Program-made: the position numbers and the translations under genes | Source of the DNA: a virus | Reading direction: 5' to 3' (one strand) | Length of the DNA stretch: 64,000 nt | IMG/VR virus record: IMGVR_UViG_3300027747_000004 | Coordinates: 32,001 to 96,000 of that record | The notes under the pieces: model-generated | What the model was told of the DNA's origin: nothing | Database searches by the model: none | Seen by the model: the letters and a program-made list of their open reading frames with translations, nothing else | Part shown: piece after piece, positions 57,054 to 64,000 of the stretch | Numbering within the stretch: position 1 is the stretch's first letter | Layout: every line of letters starts with the position of its first letter

Positions 57054-57383
57054 TCACTTTTTTACGTTCTTAAGGCGCCAGTCTTCCAAGATTTGCAGGA
57101 CATGCCGCCGAAAGTTCTGCCGCATGATCAACTCTCCAGGCTCGTACATGCTCATGAAGCGTTGCAGTGCGTCCTGCTCGCCTTGGTAGTCACGTTGTGC
57201 TTGCGGCAGCACGTCAGTGTCCAGCTCACGAGCCAATGGCGTGGCGCCATAGATCATGTCTGTCAATGGCGCGTCAGCGCCTTCCTTTGCTTTTTTGACA
57301 CGCCGCACTACTTCTGCAGGTGGCAGCTTTACTTCGCCAATGAAGGCTAGCGTTTCGTCAAGATCAGGCGTTTTGTCAGTCAT
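57054..57383 (-). CDS. Hypothetical protein
   Basis: ATG 57383 with GAAAG; tight spacing. Confidence 0.6.
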   Translation of the reverse strand: MTDKTPDLDETLAFIGEVKLPPAEVVRRVKKAKEGADAPLTDMIYGATPLARELDTDVLPQAQRDYQGEQDALQRFMSMYEPGELIMRQNFRRHVLQILEDWRLKNVKK

Positions 57384-57384
57384 A

Positions 57385-57642
57385 TTAGATGCTTTCGTAG
57401 TAAGGTGATGCTTCTTTTTCACGCACAAACCGCGCGTATGGGATGCTTGATGTTGTAGGTGCATCCATAAACACGCGAGCATGCAAGGTTGCGCTTGTGT
57501 GGAACATTTCAGGGTACAAACTTTTAAGGGTTTTGGTGTACTCTTCCAATTCTACATTCGGCAGTGTGGGATAGTTCATGTCCTCACGAACTTTGCTTAT
57601 GTCTTGTAGACGTTTATGTTGGTAAGCTGGAAATTGTGTCAT
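57385..57642 (-). CDS. Hypothetical protein
   Basis: ATGA coupling. Confidence 0.6.
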   Translation of the reverse strand: MTQFPAYQHKRLQDISKVREDMNYPTLPNVELEEYTKTLKSLYPEMFHTSATLHARVFMDAPTTSSIPYARFVREKEASPYYESI

Positions 57643-57809
57643 GTGTTTTCCTGTGCCTCTCGGCCTTTTCTATACGCTTCTGCCAATGCCGCTGACATTC
57701 GCATTGACGCCTTGGCGATTTGCAGCATGACTTTCCTGACCGCCCGATTAAACGCTGTGCGCTCACGCCACAACTTTAATCTGCGCTTGTTTTTTTGTCG
57801 TACTTTCAT
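57639..57809 (-). CDS. Small basic hypothetical protein
   Basis: ATGA coupling on both sides. Confidence 0.55.
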   Translation of the reverse strand: MKVRQKNKRRLKLWRERTAFNRAVRKVMLQIAKASMRMSAALAEAYRKGREAQENT

Positions 57810-58045
57810 GTGTTTTTCTCTGCTCGTTCGTTCCATGCGGCAATGGCGCGTTTGTTAGCGTCTGCAAAAGCCTGATCGCGCGTCTGCCCTTCAAGGATAG
57901 AGTGCCGCACATCAGGCGCTTGTGCACCGCAGGAGTTGCAGATAGCCACTCTCCATCGGTAGGTATCGCCTTCTACTACGGTCACCCCTCGATCACCGCA
58001 GAATGGGCATGGCTTGGCATCGGGTACAAAGTATTGTTCGTTCAT
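57806..58045 (-). CDS. Lar-family restriction alleviation-like Zn finger
   Basis: KPCPFCG..C.SCGA..AIAAWNER. Confidence 0.75.
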   Translation of the reverse strand: MNEQYFVPDAKPCPFCGDRGVTVVEGDTYRWRVAICNSCGAQAPDVRHSILEGQTRDQAFADANKRAIAAWNERAEKNT

Positions 58046-58251
58046 GTGTTCCCCCTTGCTCGGATTGCTTGATAGGCTTGGTATGCATAGAAATGCTCTT
58101 TGCACAACTTCATACAAGCCTCACGCTCATCGGCGCGGATGAGGTCAATAAGTCTTGACTCATATGCTTCTCTCCAATAAGGCTCACCTTTGAAGTTGTA
58201 GTCAGCATACGCTTCAGCTTGCTTTGCAAGTTCAATGTCTCGTTTGTTCAT
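58042..58251 (-). CDS. Hypothetical protein
   Basis: DEREAC..AIRARG pattern. Confidence 0.65.
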   Translation of the reverse strand: MNKRDIELAKQAEAYADYNFKGEPYWREAYESRLIDLIRADEREACMKLCKEHFYAYQAYQAIRARGNT

Positions 58252-58592
58252 GGTTTGTTCATCTCCTTGAGTTTGGCGTCTGCCCACAATGCTCCTGCGT
58301 AAAAAGATGCATTTGAAATAGTGCCTGTGTCCATTGCTTTTATTTCATCATCCGTCAGCCCTACCCACGGGCGCTGGGGTGGGGTAGCGTACAGGGGGAT
58401 TGTGAAAGTTGATTTGTCATAACCATGCCCAAATAACCACAAGCTGCCATCAGGGTGCATCCATGCCTCAGGCTCCTGCGCTGGCTGTGCTAGGGCTTCT
58501 TGGACTGCTTTAATAGCGTTCAGTCGTTTTTCGTAGTCAAAATCCGACAACGCATCAAGCGCCAGCTTCAATGCTTCGTCTTTATTGCTCAT
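58248..58592 (-). CDS. Hypothetical protein
   Basis: ALAQPAQEP..PLY..WVGLTDDEI..AKLKE pattern. Confidence 0.7.
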   Translation of the reverse strand: MSNKDEALKLALDALSDFDYEKRLNAIKAVQEALAQPAQEPEAWMHPDGSLWLFGHGYDKSTFTIPLYATPPQRPWVGLTDDEIKAMDTGTISNASFYAGALWADAKLKEMNKP

Positions 58593-58812
58593 GAGTAAAA
58601 CCTCTCCAGTGTACGTTAGTCGCAAGATACATTGCCCAGCTTCTATCAGTTTTACGTTTTGCGCCACTTACTGTGTATGCCACTACGCACCATTTTCCCC
58701 CATCCCACTTTGCAAACTCCATAGGATTGTCGTTGATGCGAACTTCGTATACGCCTATACGCGCAGGGAAAATGGTTACAGGGAACCAGTCGGTCATAAT
58801 TGACTGCATCAC
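58582..58812 (-). CDS. Hypothetical protein
   Basis: TDWFP..P...GVY..WDG..WRG. Confidence 0.6.
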   Translation of the reverse strand: MMQSIMTDWFPVTIFPARIGVYEVRINDNPMEFAKWDGGKWCVVAYTVSGAKRKTDRSWAMYLATNVHWRGFTHEQ

Positions 58813-59066
58813 ACTCCCTTGCTCTGCACACGCAGAAAGTCATCAGCACCACGCCGTACTGCGCCCATGCTTTCAGGGACATATTGTTGCCTATCCCACA
58901 CACTCATCTGCGGCGGTGGCACAGCATTGGGGTCTTTTGGCATTGGCACAAAGCCACCACGCACATAGCGAGCTGGGTTCTTGTCGCCTAGCTTGTTGGG
59001 CACAGCTGCAAGAGACGCGTCAGGATTCTTACGCATTAGGTTGGGGTTACCGCGATCAACTTTCAT
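58809..59066 (-). CDS. Hypothetical protein
   Basis: RRGADDF....S.G; coupled. Confidence 0.6.
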   Translation of the reverse strand: MKVDRGNPNLMRKNPDASLAAVPNKLGDKNPARYVRGGFVPMPKDPNAVPPPQMSVWDRQQYVPESMGAVRRGADDFLRVQSKGV

Positions 59067-59193
59067 TTCAAAATCCGATCAATAAAAGTTGGGGTGCAGG
59101 TCTTGGGCAGAGGCACCGATGCGTACGCGTAGCCGAGGATGAACATGGTGGTAGCTACAGCGCCTAGCAGTGCAAGGAAGTCTTTGAGCAGTT

Positions 59194-59388
59194 TCATTTG
59201 TGGTCTCCATACTGCGCAAGGTAGGCCTCAAGGCGAGCAATGCGGGCTTGGTTGTAGCCCACCATGCTTTTGGCGTAATCAACGCCTGTTTGTGCAGTTA
59301 GCAGCTCAAGATAAGCTTCTGACAGTTCCGTGGCAGCTGCCTCCAAGTCGGTCGGGCCAGCCAGCAGTTTCTTTAAATACTTAATCAT
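59194..59388 (-). CDS. Hypothetical protein
   Basis: EAA..EL.EA..Y...RI.RL. Confidence 0.6.
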   Translation of the reverse strand: MIKYLKKLLAGPTDLEAAATELSEAYLELLTAQTGVDYAKSMVGYNQARIARLEAYLAQYGDHK

Positions 59389-59558
59389 GATGCTACTACC
59401 TTCGCGTTGAGGATACAAGCCTGTCTCCAGGCCTCGTCCCAGATAGCCTTAGGGTCTTCCAATAGGTCCATGGCGTCTGCACGCTTAAGCAGCGCCACCC
59501 AGTCTTCAAATGCCTGCTCCCAATTTTGGGCATGCGGTGGATTGTGTCCAGTAATCAT
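59385..59558 (-). CDS. Hypothetical protein
   Basis: ATG 59558; coupled to downstream gene. Confidence 0.5.
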   Translation of the reverse strand: MITGHNPPHAQNWEQAFEDWVALLKRADAMDLLEDPKAIWDEAWRQACILNAKVVAS

Positions 59559-59646
59559 AGGTCCATTCCTAATACGCAGATCGTAAGAAAGTACAGACCC
59601 AGCATGCAAATGCCGGACAGTACACCAATGCAGATGTCTTCGATTG

Positions 59647-59871
59647 TCATGCTGTTGCCGCCTCTTTTGCAGCTTGTTCTTCAGCTTCAGAAATTGCAAC
59701 AAGCAATGCTGCTGCCATCTCACGAGCTTGGTCGCAAGTCATGGCATGGTTAAATGCCATTGAGCCTGACACCTGACTTACTATGACCACAGGATTGTGC
59801 GCCGACATAGTCATGCTGCTGACTGCAATGGGGTCTTTGTTCCAGTAATTTTTGATGTAAATAGTTTGCAT
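59647..59871 (-). CDS. Hypothetical protein
   Basis: SD GGAG before ATG 59871. Confidence 0.6.
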   Translation of the reverse strand: MQTIYIKNYWNKDPIAVSSMTMSAHNPVVIVSQVSGSMAFNHAMTCDQAREMAAALLVAISEAEEQAAKEAATA

Positions 59872-59872
59872 G

Positions 59873-60124
59873 TTAGTCTCCAAAGTATTCGTCGGCTGCA
59901 TCAGCCATGAGGTAGTGCTCGATCTCAGCGATCAAATCGCTGTTCATCTTACTAGTGATTTTGCGCTCAAGCCATGGCGCACGGCGGCCGCGGCGATCAA
60001 GGACATGGAATTCGCATTCGACGTAGGAGCCTTCAACGTCGCTGAAATAGTCAAATGCAACCACACCAAGTTGGCAAGGGATGCCAGCAACAAAAGTGTC
60101 GATGGTTGTAGAATAGTGAGTCAT
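59873..60124 (-). CDS. Hypothetical protein
   Basis: GIPC..GV..DRRGR.APWLERK; conserved leader. Confidence 0.65.
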   Translation of the reverse strand: MTHYSTTIDTFVAGIPCQLGVVAFDYFSDVEGSYVECEFHVLDRRGRRAPWLERKITSKMNSDLIAEIEHYLMADAADEYFGD

Positions 60125-60291
60125 GATGTATGCCTTTCAAAAAACAGGGTTGTCAACTTCGCAAAGCTCAACAAAGACTTCTTTGACATGGAAGCCAATG
60201 CCGCGGTCAAACACAATAGTGAGGGCAGCGTCCTCGTCGATGGCTTCGACATCTACATGCCAGTCGCCGTTGATGTACACAGAAAAGATGT

Positions 60292-60477
60292 TCATTCATC
60301 ATTCTCCTCAGGATACTCTTCAGTGTCGGCGCGGTCTGCATCGGTTTCAATAGCAGTGTGCTTGGCTTCCCATTCACGCTGGATCTTGCGTTGCCGCGCC
60401 TCTTCAGCCTGTTGCTCAGGGGTGATTGACTTGAATTGCCTAAGCAACTCGGCGTCAAATTCATCAAAGATGTTCAT
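60292..60477 (-). CDS. Acidic hypothetical protein (first leftward early gene)
   Basis: Conserved leader and -10 TACAAT at 60529-60534. Confidence 0.6.
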   Translation of the reverse strand: MNIFDEFDAELLRQFKSITPEQQAEEARQRKIQREWEAKHTAIETDADRADTEEYPEENDE

Positions 60478-60486
60478 GATGTATGT

Positions 60487-60660
60487 CTTTCAATGGTCAG
60501 GTTGTCACAGCAACGTTGCTGTAAGTGCATTGTACATCCGCTTTTTGCAGCTTTTACCGCAAATAAAAAAATATTTTTGCTGCCCAGTTAGGCCTACAGG
60601 ATGATGTATAGTAGACACCCCGCCATGCCTAGTGTGGCCTACCAACCTGACCATTGAAAG
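60487..60660. promoter_or_regulatory. Divergent promoter region bounded by exact 18-bp inverted repeat
   Basis: CAACCTGACCATTGAAAG at 60643-60660 (+) and 60487-60504 (-). Confidence 0.7.
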
Positions 60661-60766
60661 GCATCTATGTGACAACGATTGTCAACGCTACAACAAATAG
60701 TCAAAAAATAAGGCACCTGAAGTCTGTGGAACTTCAAAGTGCCTCAAAACTAACCAAGGATTAACA

Positions 60767-62896
60767 ATGGACTCACAAATTGTGCCGACCGGATTCGGCG
60801 CAAGTATAGTAACTCCGCAGCAATTATACACCAACTATCTACAAGATCGCGGGTTTGACGCAACAGATGTTGCGCAACTTGGGCTTGAACTACTTGATAG
60901 AGATCAAACAAAGGCTTTGCTAGGCCACACCGGTGAGTGGAGCATACGCATACCGTACCGCGACGTTGATGGCAAGGACACCGGCTTTGATCGTGTAAGG
61001 CTTTTGCAGCCGCGGGGCAAGATGAAGTACTCACAGGCCCGTGCCAGTGGCAGCCATATCTACTTCCCAGTCAAAACTAATTGGCGCCAAGTCATCACCA
61101 ATGTAGACATCCCCATCATCATCACCGAGGGTGAATTCAAAGCATGGGCCATCACCAAGGTCCTAGCTGCAGACACACTGCCTTACGCGTGTATTGGCTT
61201 GGCGGGTGTGACCAGTTGGACAGACAAGCAGGGTATGCACCTTCACAAAGATCTCATGCAGATCATGTGGCGCAAAAAGACCAGCTTTGACGCCAAAAGC
61301 CGCCAAGTCTACATCATCTTCGACTATGACGGCGCTAAACCTGATGGCGAGCCCAATGAGCAGGTTGCACTAGCAGAGACTAAACTTGCAATCACGCTGC
61401 GTGGGCTTGGCGCTGAGGTCCACCTTTGCCGTGTAGGGCGCTTTGGCTACGGTGAAGGCAAGAAATACGCAATTGACGATCACCTGCAGGCCGGCAAGAC
61501 GCTTACTGAGGTGCTCACCGCGACCAGCATCGTAATGAATGGCGTGGATACACTAGATGTGAAGCTTCATGAGTTCTCTACAAGGTATGCCATGCTCAAT
61601 GGCGATGTGATTCGGTTGAGCGATGGCCACATCCTGAACTTCAACAAGGCGCGCATTGACTCAGCGCAGCACATCTTTGTGCAGACAAACACCGTGCAAG
61701 GCAGAGCCGGACAGCCACCTAAGGTTGTCAGCCGTGAAATACCCCTCATTGAGGAGTACAAGAAGTGGCCCAAGAGGTGCGATATTAAAAAGGTGGGTAT
61801 CTACCCACAGTACCAGGGACTTAGGGTCACTCCAGATGGCTGTTACAACTATCTAAACTCGTGGTCGCACTTTCCAACCTCAGGCGATGTGACTTTATAC
61901 GAAGAATTCTGCAAATACTTCTTCAGAGATGAGATTGAGTTCATGGAGTACTGGCATGATTGGGTTGCAAACATCGTGCAATACCCGCATCGCCGTAACA
62001 ACACCACTCCGCAATTCGTATCAAACAGTGAAGGCATCGGTAAGTCAGCAGTTGCTGAATTTATAGCTGAGATGCTAGGCCTTGGTGATGGGGCACCTGC
62101 AATCATCGTTGGGCCTGATGAGTTGTTTGGCTCATTCAATGGGCTTTTACGAAACAAGATCTTCGTTGTGGTAAATGAACCATCATCCGACCGTGATGAC
62201 CATAGCGCAAAGCTAAAGAACTTCATCACAAGCAAGGAGATCACCATCAACAACAAGTATGGGGCGCAATACTCCATAGAGAATTACATTAACTTTGTCT
62301 TCACAACCAATCGCCCTTACGTTACAACGATGGGTAACAGCGCAAGGCGTGAAGCTATTTACAAACCAGAGACTTTGACCAACACGGAGACGCAACCATT
62401 GGTTGTAGCTTTGATGAAATGGGCACGTGCAGGCGGCTTTGGCGCCGTGCTGAATTGGTACTACAACCGCGACATCTCAAGCTTTGACCCATTCAAGGCA
62501 GCCCCAAGCACTAAGCGCAAGGCACAGGTTGTCAAGCTTTCGCAATCGGTGACTCAGCAATTCGCCAATGACTTGATCGACTGGACCAAGACTCACATCA
62601 ACGGGCTGGCATTCTTTACAAATCAGCAATTGCAAATACTGTTTAGAGCTTGGCAGGGTGATGAAAGGATGCCATCAGCCAAGTACGTCAAGGCTGCATT
62701 GTCAGGCATTTCACCTGGTGATGAGGCAGTCGTGTTTATGAAAAAAGATGATAGCGACGCGGCCAAAAATATTACTGTGCGAGGCTGGTTCATTGGTAAT
62801 ACTGAGGCATGGGAGATTTGTAATAAACGCTTGGTAGCAAAAACAACAGCTGACGCAGTCGCAAAAGAGGTCCAAAATATTACAGAATCCTTCTAA
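60767..62896 (+). CDS. Toprim (DUF3854-like) primase fused to SF3/D5-like helicase (primase B)
   Basis: IIITEGEFKA, IGLAGV, IIFDYD, IDD; EGIGKS, VVNE, FTTN. Confidence 0.85.
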   Translation: MDSQIVPTGFGASIVTPQQLYTNYLQDRGFDATDVAQLGLELLDRDQTKALLGHTGEWSIRIPYRDVDGKDTGFDRVRLLQPRGKMKYSQARASGSHIYFPVKTNWRQVITNVDIPIIITEGEFKAWAITKVLAADTLPYACIGLAGVTSWTDKQGMHLHKDLMQIMWRKKTSFDAKSRQVYIIFDYDGAKPDGEPNEQVALAETKLAITLRGLGAEVHLCRVGRFGYGEGKKYAIDDHLQAGKTLTEVLTATSIVMNGVDTLDVKLHEFSTRYAMLNGDVIRLSDGHILNFNKARIDSAQHIFVQTNTVQGRAGQPPKVVSREIPLIEEYKKWPKRCDIKKVGIYPQYQGLRVTPDGCYNYLNSWSHFPTSGDVTLYEEFCKYFFRDEIEFMEYWHDWVANIVQYPHRRNNTTPQFVSNSEGIGKSAVAEFIAEMLGLGDGAPAIIVGPDELFGSFNGLLRNKIFVVVNEPSSDRDDHSAKLKNFITSKEITINNKYGAQYSIENYINFVFTTNRPYVTTMGNSARREAIYKPETLTNTETQPLVVALMKWARAGGFGAVLNWYYNRDISSFDPFKAAPSTKRKAQVVKLSQSVTQQFANDLIDWTKTHINGLAFFTNQQLQILFRAWQGDERMPSAKYVKAALSGISPGDEAVVFMKKDDSDAAKNITVRGWFIGNTEAWEICNKRLVAKTTADAVAKEVQNITESF

Positions 62897-63066
62897 TTTA
62901 CACGTTATTACAAAAGCGTATTACACTGTTAAATGCTCTAAGTTGTTGATTCTAAACGCTTATTACAATATTACATATATTACATTACTTAAAACTATAG
63001 GAATATTAGATATATATACACTCCTCGTATATAGTTTTCGCGCCCGTTGTAATATTTTTTGTAATA
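62878..63066. repeat. Iteron-like array, putative replication origin B
   Basis: Six TATTACA copies, AAAACTATA..TATAGTTTT inverted pair, two inverted TGTAATA copies. Confidence 0.65.
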
Positions 63067-63112
63067 TGCCACAAATGATTATCTTGCCATTGAAAAGTGT
63101 ATAATCTTGCCT

Positions 63113-63565
63113 ATGACTACTACTAAACGCCCCGTCGGTCGCCCTACAAAGTATGACCCTGCTCTTTGCGATAAGATCGCAGACATGGGCAAAGAAGGTC
63201 TTTCACGTTGGCAAATTGCCTCACGTCTTGGCATTCACCCTAAAAACGTGGGTGACTGGGAAGCTGTGCATGAGGAGTTTCGTAGCGCCTTACAAGAAGC
63301 GAAGCAGCATGCGCTTGAATACTGGGAGACGCTAGCCCAGAATCACATGATTGAGAACCCAGGAGGACCGCGTTTGAACACCGGACTTTGGTCTCGGTCC
63401 ATGGCTGCAAGGTTCCCCAACGAGTACCGTGAGAACAACAAGGTTGAAGTCGTAGGTAAGAACGACGGCGCCATTCAAGTTGACGTCATACACGATTTTG
63501 CAAGTGATCTGGTTGCTGATCTGTTAGCTGCGCGCCAAGCTGATGTTGAAGCCGGAGATAGCTGA
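63113..63565 (+). CDS. terS: Terminase small subunit B
   Basis: GRPTKY..C, G.S..QIA..LG HTH, W...HEEF; overlaps terL B. Confidence 0.75.
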   Translation: MTTTKRPVGRPTKYDPALCDKIADMGKEGLSRWQIASRLGIHPKNVGDWEAVHEEFRSALQEAKQHALEYWETLAQNHMIENPGGPRLNTGLWSRSMAARFPNEYRENNKVEVVGKNDGAIQVDVIHDFASDLVADLLAARQADVEAGDS

Positions 63566-64000
63566 TCGTCTTGCCAAGCGCATAGCGTCTGGCCCTGACT
63601 TAAACAAAGCATCGCCTGAGTGGAAGGCGGCGTTGAAGGCCCGCATCAAGTGGCTGTCAATCGCAAACAAGCATCAAATTACTCCGGGCGGCGATTGGTG
63701 GGACATTTGGCTGTTGCTTGCAGGGCGTGGCGCAGGCAAAACACGGTGCGCAGCAGAGTGGACTTGGTGGGAAGCATGGAGCCAGCCCGGGACTCGATGG
63801 CTTGTATCAGCACCAACGGGCGGAGATGTCCGTGATGTGTGCTTTGAAGGCGACTCAGGCTTGCTGTCTGTCATCCCGCCAATACTCATTTCTGACTACA
63901 TCAAGTCGCTGAACGAGATTAAGCTTGTGAATGGCAGCCTGATCAAAGGCATCCCAGCATTTGAGCCTTCACGTTTCCGCGGCCCGCAGTTTCATGGTGG
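63543..64000 (+). CDS. terL: Terminase large subunit B (partial, runs off window; absent from ORF track)
   Basis: MLKPEIA..WLLLAGRGAGKTR..PGTRWLVSAPT..EGDSGLL..NGSLIKGIPA.EP.RFRGPQFHG. Confidence 0.92.
   Translation, partial: MLKPEIADRLAKRIASGPDLNKASPEWKAALKARIKWLSIANKHQITPGGDWWDIWLLLAGRGAGKTRCAAEWTWWEAWSQPGTRWLVSAPTGGDVRDVCFEGDSGLLSVIPPILISDYIKSLNEIKLVNGSLIKGIPAFEPSRFRGPQFHG

Noticed and set aside
63543-64000. terL B as a terminal redundancy or circular overlap of terL A
   Set aside because: DNA and protein are clearly diverged and the upstream genes are non-homologous
1-64000. Prophage, integrase, tRNA, intron/intein or recoded stop codons
   Set aside because: No host genes, recombinase, cloverleaf or splicing motifs recognised; genes are intact and densely packed in the standard code

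Overview
The whole window is tailed dsDNA phage sequence with podovirus-like morphogenesis: P22-like portal, a phage GroES, major capsid protein, adaptor/nozzle, tail fibres and ejection proteins. I saw no integrase, RNA polymerase or tRNA. It spans more than one genome unit. A GC-rich primase-polymerase/helicase, early genes, terS and terL occupy 159-8099. Structural and lysis genes follow (8.1-45.8 kb, +), then replication, DNA-modification and early genes (45.8-60.5 kb, -). A second, non-homologous primase, a second terS and a diverged second terL occupy 60.8-64 kb, which suggests a chimera or recombinant of two related ~57-kb phages. Two systems stand out. (1) About 25 copies of a [YFMLK]-x-x-G-G peptide motif partition five late-region proteins into modules: two ADP-ribosyltransferase-like domains, an HhH glycosylase-like domain and small basic peptides. 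A sharp GC step and internal duplications coincide with the motifs, so this is a candidate GG-tagged polyprotein or virion-cargo cassette system. (2) A cytosine hypermodification operon encodes a thymidylate-synthase homologue with the dCMP-type Asp, a dNMP kinase fused to a UDG-like domain and a glycosyltransferase-like protein, with a MazG-like dNTPase nearby. All family assignments are from motif recognition only; no searches were run.
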